64,000 nt of DNA, from positions 32,001 to 96,000 of IMG/VR virus record IMGVR_UViG_3300016471_000988. One strand, 5' to 3'. Shown here in pieces: positions 47,178 to 54,794 of the stretch. The translations under genes and the position numbers were made by a program. The DNA comes from a virus. Below the pieces are notes generated by a model. That model had not been told where the DNA came from. It saw nothing but the letters and a program-made list of their open reading frames with translations, and searched no databases. The stretch's first letter is position 1. Every line of letters starts with the position of its first letter.

Positions 47178-48505
47178 ACACCTATAAGAATTTTTTAGTC
47201 GTCGAAGCAGCTGCTCCTGCTGTAGATACTCATATCAAAACGCATTTGTCACATCTAGAAGACTTAGCTATAGAGCGTGGGCTAGATGGTTTTAATAATT
47301 TCTTAGAGCATATAAATGAAATGATTGAAAAGATTAGAGGGTTTGAGACTAATCAAGAAATAAATGCAAAGATTGATGGTAGTCCTATGATTCTTTTTGG
47401 CTTAGATCCGAGAAAAGAATTTAAAAATAAATTTTTTCTTTCCCTAAAGGGCGGGCTAAGTAAAGCCAATCCTAAGATATTGCATACGGAAGCTGATATT
47501 GAAGCACTATATGGCACACATCCTATAAAATCTAAGCTTAAAAACATGTTAAAATTTCTACCCTCGGCATATGATAACTCTGGAAAAATATACCAAGCGG
47601 ACACATTATTTGCAGAGCCAACAGACAAGAAAAAAATTAAAATTGGAGAGGAAGAATTCATAGCATTTAAGCCAAATGTTATTGTTTACGCTGTGCCTGT
47701 TGATCCGACAAGCGAGATAAGTAAGCGAATAAGTGCCGCAGTAGTTGGTATAATTGTTCATGAATCATTTAAGGGTGTACAAGAGGGTGAAGGCATCAAT
47801 TTGATATCGGCAGGTAGAAATGTAGCATCGCTTGTACAGAAAAGCAAGAGAACAAATGTGTTTATAGAAAGTAGCAATTACGGTCAAGTTGCGGTTAATA
47901 TTCCTGATGGAGAGGTAAGAAAATTACAATCAGAAGTTGCAAAAGCTAAGATTGCTATCGGACGAGTAACCCCTGAGTTTAATAAAGAATATATCAGTAG
48001 TCCTGTTTTAGCTTTATTAAAAATATTTTTAAATAAACAGGTTGATTTAGGTGAAAAAGGTTTTTTTGGAATAGCTAAGCAAAATATAGAAGCCGGTGAG
48101 CAAGAGCTAGTTGTTAATTCGTTTATTGATAATTTTCGAAGATTTATTTCGGAGCGCTACGGAAAAGAAGGAGAGCTTAAAAAAACTCCTCAAGGTAAAG
48201 CAAACGTAGAGACAAGATTAAATCAAATACTGTCATTTTTAGAGCTAAGTAAAAAAAGCATAGCCGGTCTGATCGCAGCAACATTTCATATGACGGCGTC
48301 AAAATACTATCTTTGGAATATTTTATCTAAATTTGAATCTAAACTTGGTAGGCAATTTTATCAAAATAAGGACGGGTCTTTTACCCCTGCAAGAGATGAA
48401 GGCTATGTTTTATTTGTCGGTACAAATCATGTAAAGATTGTAGATAGATTAGACTTTACAAAAATAAATAGGGCGGAGGGCGGAAGGCAGCGTACAACAA
48501 TTTAA
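47174..48505 (+). CDS. RNA-ligase-like covalent nucleotidyltransferase (resembles the family often labelled DUF6267)
   Basis: HLEDL, KIDGSP, YQAD, EGYV, VKIVDR motifs. Confidence 0.7.
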   Translation: MNTYKNFLVVEAAAPAVDTHIKTHLSHLEDLAIERGLDGFNNFLEHINEMIEKIRGFETNQEINAKIDGSPMILFGLDPRKEFKNKFFLSLKGGLSKANPKILHTEADIEALYGTHPIKSKLKNMLKFLPSAYDNSGKIYQADTLFAEPTDKKKIKIGEEEFIAFKPNVIVYAVPVDPTSEISKRISAAVVGIIVHESFKGVQEGEGINLISAGRNVASLVQKSKRTNVFIESSNYGQVAVNIPDGEVRKLQSEVAKAKIAIGRVTPEFNKEYISSPVLALLKIFLNKQVDLGEKGFFGIAKQNIEAGEQELVVNSFIDNFRRFISERYGKEGELKKTPQGKANVETRLNQILSFLELSKKSIAGLIAATFHMTASKYYLWNILSKFESKLGRQFYQNKDGSFTPARDEGYVLFVGTNHVKIVDRLDFTKINRAEGGRQRTTI

Positions 48506-49039
48506 TTACTTGCTGTCTTCTTGAATAGTTTTAAGAGCCTCTAAATTAAAAATTACCTGACGAATAACCTGCTCGAGAACTTCTTTCTTTTCGCCATGTA
48601 GCATTTCTTTTACTCTCGAAACAATATTGTCTTGGTGTGCTCCTTCTAAGTCAGTTCCAAACTCACCTTCTTTCTTAAACTTGTCATATTCTAGATAATT
48701 TTTTACTCCTTCAAGATAGCTAGCCGCAACAGTAATTTTACTGAACACCCACGGCTCTAAATCTGAACAATCTTTAATAATATTGTAAAGCTCTTTTGAT
48801 GCTTTATGAATCTTGTAGAGCTCACTCTTAGCCATAGAAGCTTCTGTTTCTGAATCCTCTGTATTAATGGGAGGTAAATGATCCTCCTGTTCTTCCTCTT
48901 TTTTTATAACTACCGCGGTAGGTGTACTTGGTGAAGGGGAAGCAGATCGACCAGCGCCAGGTCCAAAAGCAAGCATTTCGTTAACAATACTTTCGCCGTA
49001 TACTTCACCTAAATTTGCCAAGTCGCGTTTTCTATTCAT
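48506..49039 (-). CDS. hypothetical late protein, candidate head-internal protein
   Basis: ATG 49039 lies 6 nt after ATAAATA; ...ESIVNEM. Confidence 0.8.
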   Translation of the reverse strand: MNRKRDLANLGEVYGESIVNEMLAFGPGAGRSASPSPSTPTAVVIKKEEEQEDHLPPINTEDSETEASMAKSELYKIHKASKELYNIIKDCSDLEPWVFSKITVAASYLEGVKNYLEYDKFKKEGEFGTDLEGAHQDNIVSRVKEMLHGEKKEVLEQVIRQVIFNLEALKTIQEDSK

Positions 49040-49045
49040 TTTCAT

Positions 49046-49064
49046 TATTTATTCGTTATAAATA
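49046..49064. promoter_or_regulatory. back-to-back late promoters
   Basis: tatttat at 49046-49052 (6 nt to ATG 49039) and TATAAATA at 49057-49064 (4 nt to ATG 49069). Confidence 0.85.
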
Positions 49065-49068
49065 TGTA

Positions 49069-49482
49069 ATGCGTAGATTTGGTAAGCTTTTTATTGAACA
49101 AATACTTGGATTGTTTGAAGGTATTACTATACAACATGTTGGAACTGTTAAGGCTAAAGTAGATACAGGTAATAGTGCACACAATGTTCTCCATGCAACA
49201 AATATTAAAACTAATAAAAAAGAAGTCGAATTTGATACAGTAAACAACAAACACCTAAAATTACCTGTATCTGAGATGATCTTAATACATATTGGTAGTG
49301 GCAATAAAGAAGAAAGACCTGTAGTAAAGCTCGATTGCAGTATAGGTACAGAGCAATTTAACGGTGTACCGTTTAGTCTGGGCGATAGAACGGAAAATGA
49401 TACCCCTGTATTATTAGGGGAAGAATTTATTCGAAAAAATGGTGGTGTTGTTAATTTGAATATAAACCGGCAAACCCAATAG
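49069..49482 (+). CDS. retropepsin-like aspartic peptidase (RimK-associated 'ATP-dependent zinc protease' family)
   Basis: AKVDTGN, ERPVV, FSLGDR, VLLG; ATG 4 nt after TATAAATA. Confidence 0.82.
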   Translation: MRRFGKLFIEQILGLFEGITIQHVGTVKAKVDTGNSAHNVLHATNIKTNKKEVEFDTVNNKHLKLPVSEMILIHIGSGNKEERPVVKLDCSIGTEQFNGVPFSLGDRTENDTPVLLGEEFIRKNGGVVNLNINRQTQ

Positions 49483-49774
49483 ATTTTAAAATATAGTTTA
49501 AATTATAGGCATGGACTGCCTTGACAACACACGCTGTAGGAGCATAGATAAAATCAGTATCTACTCGTAACCCTACTTCCTCACCGGGGGTGAGAATGTC
49601 ATCTACATAATCCATACCACCTCTGCTTTTTAGAAAATTATAAAAAGGATCTTTGGGTTCACCTTCAACTATTACATTATAGTGGCAATACTCGTGCGCG
49701 TAAAGTGTGAGATCTCTAAAACAGGATATACTACTAGGCGGATTTATTAAGTCCCCGCGTATAATTAAATTACA
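49451..49774 (-). CDS. hidden 107-codon ORF with no in-frame canonical start (frameshifted start, non-canonical start or pseudogene)
   Basis: stop-free frame (C)NLIIRGDLINPPSSISCFRDLTLYAHEY...FAGLYSN fills the only 300-bp gap; CTAAATA-N4-GTG lies one base out of frame. Confidence 0.7.
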   Translation of the reverse strand, partial: CNLIIRGDLINPPSSISCFRDLTLYAHEYCHYNVIVEGEPKDPFYNFLKSRGGMDYVDDILTPGEEVGLRVDTDFIYAPTACVVKAVHAYNLNYILKSIGFAGLYSN

Positions 49775-49787
49775 CTAATTATTTAGT

Positions 49788-50441
49788 CTAGATTAATTTG
49801 CGATTTTGTGCAAATTCTATGAACTTATAAAACTCATTGCGAGAATTATCTTTATCATCGAGAAATGCACCGGACATTCTAGCTGTTCTCATTGTAGAAT
49901 CATGACGTATGCCGCGGTTCGAGCAGCAAGTATGGGCTGCTTCAATCATCACAGCTACGCCCTTGTTCTTTTCGCAAACTTCATCGATGTATTTGTGTAT
50001 TTGCATAGTTAGATTTTCTTGAACCTGTGGGCGACGAGAAAACCAATCCACAATTCGGTTGAGCTTACTAAGTCCAATTACTTTTCCATCCTTAGCAGGA
50101 ATATATGCTACATGTGCAAATCCCATAAAAGGTGCGTGATGGTGCGAACAAAGCGACGTTACTTTGATATTAGTTTGCGCAACAATACCATCGTACTTAT
50201 CAACATTATCAAAAGCTGTTACCTTAGGAGGCTCGCTATAACACCCCCAAGCAAAATCTTCAACAAATGCTTTTGCTACTCTGTGCGGTGTATTAGCGCT
50301 ATTTGGATCGTTCCTCCAGTCATATCCTAATGCATCCATATACTGCTCGTATGCTTTTGCAGCTTTTTCAATAATTTGCGCTCTTTCTTCTTGAGTATGG
50401 GGATGATTATGGTTGGCGAATTGAAGCTTCCTTTTAAACAT
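49788..50441 (-). CDS. folE: GTP cyclohydrolase I
   Basis: TPHRVAK, SLCSHH.APF, GLSKLNR, RRPQVQE, H.C...RG. Confidence 0.96.
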   Translation of the reverse strand: MFKRKLQFANHNHPHTQEERAQIIEKAAKAYEQYMDALGYDWRNDPNSANTPHRVAKAFVEDFAWGCYSEPPKVTAFDNVDKYDGIVAQTNIKVTSLCSHHHAPFMGFAHVAYIPAKDGKVIGLSKLNRIVDWFSRRPQVQENLTMQIHKYIDEVCEKNKGVAVMIEAAHTCCSNRGIRHDSTMRTARMSGAFLDDKDNSRNEFYKFIEFAQNRKLI

Positions 50442-50448
50442 ATACCTT

Positions 50449-50475
50449 ATTATATGAGTAATTTTTATTAATCAA
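50449..50475 (-). promoter_or_regulatory. sigma70-like promoter (folE)
   Basis: TTGATT-N15-TATAAT-N7-ATG. Confidence 0.75.
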
Positions 50476-50490
50476 GATTAAATAACATGT

Positions 50491-51816
50491 ATGCATATAG
50501 ACAGATTAATCGAAAGCACACTTAGAAATTCTAAGTTAAAGCGTGTAAGGATAAAAGTTGATCCATCTCAATTAGTTACACACGGATATGAGAATGTATC
50601 TAGCTTTGAAGGTTACGTACTCGAAGAAAATAATGCCTCGGTAAAGGTATATCTCATGAACGTTCCAAAGGAGTTTGATCCAGTGCAAACGGTAGATGCA
50701 AAACATGTAACCCTAGCTCCTGAACAACCACCTGTACCTAATTTCAATACATTTAAACAAAAAGTTTTAAGCTATCTAGTAAACAATAATAATGTTAGTA
50801 AAGAAAATCCTGTCTATAAGCAAATAGAAAATGCTAATAATCCTGAATTTATAGAAACGTATTTAAAGGAATTAAAATTTGATGATACAAAATTGTTACA
50901 CTTATATAAACATTTGCTGTGTAATGAAAGCGTTGTAGGTGATGCATTAAAGAATGTTAGTTGGGGTACTGTTCAAAAAGGGGCTCAATCTGTTTTGAGC
51001 AATCCATTGTATAAATTAGGTAGTCTTGCTGCAAAAACTATTGCTGGTACACCCGGGCTCTTAATTGGAAAAAATAATATAATTGGAAGGATTGCAAAGT
51101 TTATAAAAACACTGGATGTCAACGACTTAATGGCAACAGACAAAATTAAAATTCATTCTACGGAATTTGATAGTAGACCGCAGAAAAACGAAACTGTCTT
51201 AATAAGTTTCCCTTCGTCATTAAAATTGCCAAATCTACCTGTTGAAAAATATGGTGATTTTGAATATCAACTAAAAGGTGTGGTTGAAGGTAGCGTACTA
51301 CGTGAGCACAAGGCAAAGGTAACTAAATTGCGAGATCTAAGCCCCGCGTGGGTCGATAGAGAGCTTACATTATCTTTAGATTTTTCTATACTTAATAATT
51401 CTGAAAAAACTGGAACATTGATTATAGACTTTAAAGGCGGCGACACAAGTGCAAGGTTTTATAAAGTAAAAATACTTAATTACAAAAGTATATGGATTGT
51501 CGGTGTTATTGAAAAACTAGATAGTAAGATGGTTGCGGAGGTTGGGGGTATAGGCAAGTCATTAGCTCAAGATGAGACGCTTGCTCTGGTGTCAAAGGCT
51601 TTAGAACAGTATTTAAATAAGCGATCTGTTGACAACAAAATGCTTGATGATATAATCAACTCTGTCGCAACAAAAATCTTAGACGGCAATAGAGATAGAA
51701 ACCTACAAAAATTTGATGAAGTAATGATAAAGCTAGTAGAAGATCCTAATGCTTCAAAAACAATGGATCCTTTGATGTACTTACGTAAATACCTAAAAGA
51801 AGCCGCATTATTATAA
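50491..51816 (+). CDS. hypothetical late protein, candidate head-internal protein
   Basis: 441 aa; TTAAATA 6 nt upstream; MHIDRLIES. Confidence 0.8.
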   Translation: MHIDRLIESTLRNSKLKRVRIKVDPSQLVTHGYENVSSFEGYVLEENNASVKVYLMNVPKEFDPVQTVDAKHVTLAPEQPPVPNFNTFKQKVLSYLVNNNNVSKENPVYKQIENANNPEFIETYLKELKFDDTKLLHLYKHLLCNESVVGDALKNVSWGTVQKGAQSVLSNPLYKLGSLAAKTIAGTPGLLIGKNNIIGRIAKFIKTLDVNDLMATDKIKIHSTEFDSRPQKNETVLISFPSSLKLPNLPVEKYGDFEYQLKGVVEGSVLREHKAKVTKLRDLSPAWVDRELTLSLDFSILNNSEKTGTLIIDFKGGDTSARFYKVKILNYKSIWIVGVIEKLDSKMVAEVGGIGKSLAQDETLALVSKALEQYLNKRSVDNKMLDDIINSVATKILDGNRDRNLQKFDEVMIKLVEDPNASKTMDPLMYLRKYLKEAALL

Positions 51817-51823
51817 ATACTAT

Positions 51824-52090
51824 ATGCCATTAAAACAAGGATCCTCACAAAAAACTGTTGGTAAGAATGTATCGGAATTAATGCACGCGTACAAGCACAA
51901 AGGCAAGATAGGTACATCAAAGCCATCTAGCAAAGAGGCTGCACAAAAGCAGGCTGTGGCGATTGCTTTGGGTAAAGCTGGTAAAAGTAAGAATGAGAGT
52001 GTATTTGATGTAAGAATTAATGAAATTCTTGATGAATTGTTTAAGCCTACACCCGCGGCCGAGTCTTCACCAGAAGCAAAAGATAGTTGA
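51824..52090 (+). CDS. small basic protein (DUF6496-like)
   Basis: MPLKQGSSQK...KQAVAIAL.KAGKS. Confidence 0.75.
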   Translation: MPLKQGSSQKTVGKNVSELMHAYKHKGKIGTSKPSSKEAAQKQAVAIALGKAGKSKNESVFDVRINEILDELFKPTPAAESSPEAKDS

Positions 52091-52112
52091 ATTATTCCGT
52101 GATTAATTTAAT

Positions 52113-52132
52113 ATACGTGTAAATACACGTAT
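52113..52132 (+). repeat. 8-bp inverted repeat overlapping the queD start codon
   Basis: ATACGTGT-AAAT-ACACGTAT. Confidence 0.7.
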
Positions 52133-52808
52133 GAATTATCAAAGTACAAAGACAATTGATTTAGGCAGCTGCGCATTCAGACAGTGGAGGGCTGATAGCC
52201 ATTGCAAATTTATCCACGGCTATAGACTTCAAGCTAAATTTTGGTTCAATTGTTCAACATTAGACGACAAGAATTGGGTTGTAGATTTCGGTGGGTTAAA
52301 AGAGTTAAAGAGTGTCTTAGAAAAACAATTTGACCATACTCTGTGTATTGCAGCTGATGATCCTCATCTTTCGCATTTTCAACAACTTCATGAATTAGGC
52401 GTAGCAGACTTGCGTGTTATGGAAGGTGGTGTTGGTATAGAGAGAACCGCTGAGTGGTGTTTTGAGACGGCAAACTCTCTAATAAGAAAGTTAACCAAGG
52501 ATAGATGCTGGGTAGAAAAAGTTGAGGTCTGGGAGCATGACAAAAACTCCGCTATTGCTACACACGGCTATAGAACAGTACCGCAGGTCAATCCTTATGT
52601 AAAGCATGTAGCGGAGCAGTATGAATTAAATTTTAGCAAACCAGAACCGGTAGCAACAGCTGTTGCAGCACCGGCAGAAGAGATACAAGCTGCTATACAA
52701 GAAAAAATTCAAACTGCAGAACAGAAAAACCCTATTGCTGCGCCTGTAGGCAATCAAGTCACTACGGGCTGGTCGAATCCCTTTGGTGGGACGTCTTGGG
52801 GTCGCTAA
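52131..52808 (+). CDS. queD: 6-carboxy-5,6,7,8-tetrahydropterin synthase QueD with C-terminal extension
   Basis: C..IHGY, VVDFG.LK, FDH, E..A, VWE. Confidence 0.9.
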   Translation: MNYQSTKTIDLGSCAFRQWRADSHCKFIHGYRLQAKFWFNCSTLDDKNWVVDFGGLKELKSVLEKQFDHTLCIAADDPHLSHFQQLHELGVADLRVMEGGVGIERTAEWCFETANSLIRKLTKDRCWVEKVEVWEHDKNSAIATHGYRTVPQVNPYVKHVAEQYELNFSKPEPVATAVAAPAEEIQAAIQEKIQTAEQKNPIAAPVGNQVTTGWSNPFGGTSWGR

Positions 52809-53520
52809 TACCCCTTACAACAGTAACAATATATTTTAGCAGCTTACTTCTTGTGATGTCGTCTTCGCTAAAGTAAAAACATTCAATACCGTTTTTCTTT
52901 GATTCGTTGGAGTCAAATGCTTTCATTATTCTATGAAAATCATCTTTATGAATATCGGATTGTCTAGAATCGCCAATAAAAAACATTTTACAGTTTTTAC
53001 CAAAACGTGTTAGTATGGTTATTAATTCGCTCTTATCTAAATTTTGAGATTCATCAGCGATTACTACACAATTTGTAAAGGTAGAGCCTCTTAAAAAATT
53101 TACCGGGATACACTTCAAATAATCGTTTTCAAACAATACATTTGTTACTTGCTTTCCGACCAGTTCATCACATTTCTCAACCAACGGTATACTCCATGGT
53201 TTAAATTTTTCGTCAACCTCGCCTGGTAGACTTCCTAATTTTCTACTAGCAGATTCAACAATACTTCTTATGTAAATTATTTCATCTACTCGTTTATCTC
53301 GAAGCATGGTTAGCGCTGTGTAGACGGCTAAATAAGTTTTAGAGCTGCCAGCTGGTCCATCAGCAAAAATGATATTTGTATCATCTTGTAGAACTTTTTC
53401 GACAAAAGATTTATGATGTTCATTTAGATGAAACTTTTGATCAATTCGAAAATTTCTTAAAAGATCCGTCTTAATTAACTCTTTTTCTTTGAATTTTTGG
53501 TTCTTTTTAAAAGAACTCAT
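52762..53520 (-). CDS. phoH: PhoH-family ATPase
   Basis: GPAGSSKT, LGSLPG, FLRGSTF, DESQN, TRFG, GD..QSD. Confidence 0.93.
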   Translation of the reverse strand: MSSFKKNQKFKEKELIKTDLLRNFRIDQKFHLNEHHKSFVEKVLQDDTNIIFADGPAGSSKTYLAVYTALTMLRDKRVDEIIYIRSIVESASRKLGSLPGEVDEKFKPWSIPLVEKCDELVGKQVTNVLFENDYLKCIPVNFLRGSTFTNCVVIADESQNLDKSELITILTRFGKNCKMFFIGDSRQSDIHKDDFHRIMKAFDSNESKKNGIECFYFSEDDITRSKLLKYIVTVVRGISDPKTSHQRDSTSP

Positions 53521-53572
53521 CTAATAATATTTATTCTGGAAAATCTTTATTTGTACCGTATAATAGAAAAAA

Positions 53573-53779
53573 ATGAGTTATAAAATTAACGCTGAATTAG
53601 ATGAAAGAGAGATGTACAATTTGCGGCATGTACTAGGTGAATTTAGGAGAATCACTAGAGATCATTACTATCGTTATGTGGGTACAGAGAAACAATATTC
53701 TACAAGCTCACACAACAAAGAACAGCTAGATATAGCAGAAAGCTTAATTAAAAAGCTAGTTGAAGGTTATAAAGAATAA
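53573..53779 (+). CDS. hypothetical early protein
   Basis: 68 aa; TATAAT 8 nt upstream. Confidence 0.7.
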   Translation: MSYKINAELDEREMYNLRHVLGEFRRITRDHYYRYVGTEKQYSTSSHNKEQLDIAESLIKKLVEGYKE

Positions 53780-53787
53780 TATATACT
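53760..53787 (+). promoter_or_regulatory. sigma70-like promoter (queE)
   Basis: TTGAAG-N16-TATACT-N6-ATG. Confidence 0.8.
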
Positions 53788-53793
53788 TGTACT

Positions 53794-54534
53794 ATGGAAA
53801 CTACTATCTTTCTCAGCGACGATAAAATCTTTTATACTATTGAAGGTGAAGGTGAGTATGTAGGTCAGCCTTCAGTCTTCATGAGACTGTCTATGTGTAA
53901 CTTAACATGTAAGGGGTTTGCCTCGGCGGATTCACCTCATGGTTGTGATAGTTTTATTAGCTGGTCTGTTAAGAATAAATTTACTATTCTGGAGATTTTA
54001 GATCTTTTAGACAAAGAAAATTATACCAAGCACTTGAGGGAAGGTGCCATATGGAAAATTACTGGTGGTGAGCCGTTAATACAGCAAAAGGCCCTTCTTG
54101 AATTGGTTAGGGAATTTGCTAAGCGTAATGGATTTGTTCCTAAGATCGACTTTGAAACAAACGCAACAATTCAGCCTCTTGAAGAGTGGTCAGTATATCA
54201 AGTTACATATACAACATCACCGAAGATGTCAAACAATGGAGACCCGGAAGAGCGGCGATATAAGCCCGCTGTACTTAGATGGCACGTTAGTGCCGGTTCC
54301 GGTTTTAAATTTGTAATTAATAGTGAGAAAGACCTAGACGAAGTATATGAAAAGTATATAAACCATCCTGACGTATTAGTACCAAAGCATAGAGTCTGGT
54401 TGATGCCGTGTTGCGGTAGCCGTAATGAGCATACAGATAAAGCTGCATTAGTTGCAGAGCTATGTAAGAAGCATGACTTTAAATTTAGCCCTCGGCTGCA
54501 ACTAGTAATATGGGATAAAGCGTTAAAAGTATAG
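53794..54534 (+). CDS. queE: 7-carboxy-7-deazaguanine synthase QueE (radical SAM)
   Basis: TIEGEG..VG.PSVFMRL..CN..C, ITGGEP, ETN, SPK, KFV, LMP, RLQ..IW. Confidence 0.93.
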   Translation: METTIFLSDDKIFYTIEGEGEYVGQPSVFMRLSMCNLTCKGFASADSPHGCDSFISWSVKNKFTILEILDLLDKENYTKHLREGAIWKITGGEPLIQQKALLELVREFAKRNGFVPKIDFETNATIQPLEEWSVYQVTYTTSPKMSNNGDPEERRYKPAVLRWHVSAGSGFKFVINSEKDLDEVYEKYINHPDVLVPKHRVWLMPCCGSRNEHTDKAALVAELCKKHDFKFSPRLQLVIWDKALKV

Positions 54535-54568
54535 TTGATTTTTATAATTAATAATATAAACATAGCTA

Positions 54569-54766
54569 ATGAAAGTAACTATCGATACTAGTATTAGAGG
54601 TGAAAACGGCGGCTACGAATCCTGGAAGGTAGTTCTCAACCAAGACGAACTTACGGATATTATTCGTACTGAAGGTATTGACGCAGGCAACAAGGCCTTA
54701 ACATCCTTTGTTGACAAATTTGTTGATCAATTTCGCGAAAAACTTTCCGCAGTAATTAACCGCTAA
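54569..54766 (+). CDS. hypothetical protein
   Basis: 65 aa ORF filling the gap. Confidence 0.65.
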   Translation: MKVTIDTSIRGENGGYESWKVVLNQDELTDIIRTEGIDAGNKALTSFVDKFVDQFREKLSAVINR

Positions 54767-54794
54767 TTATTATTTTTAACCACATAAATAACAT

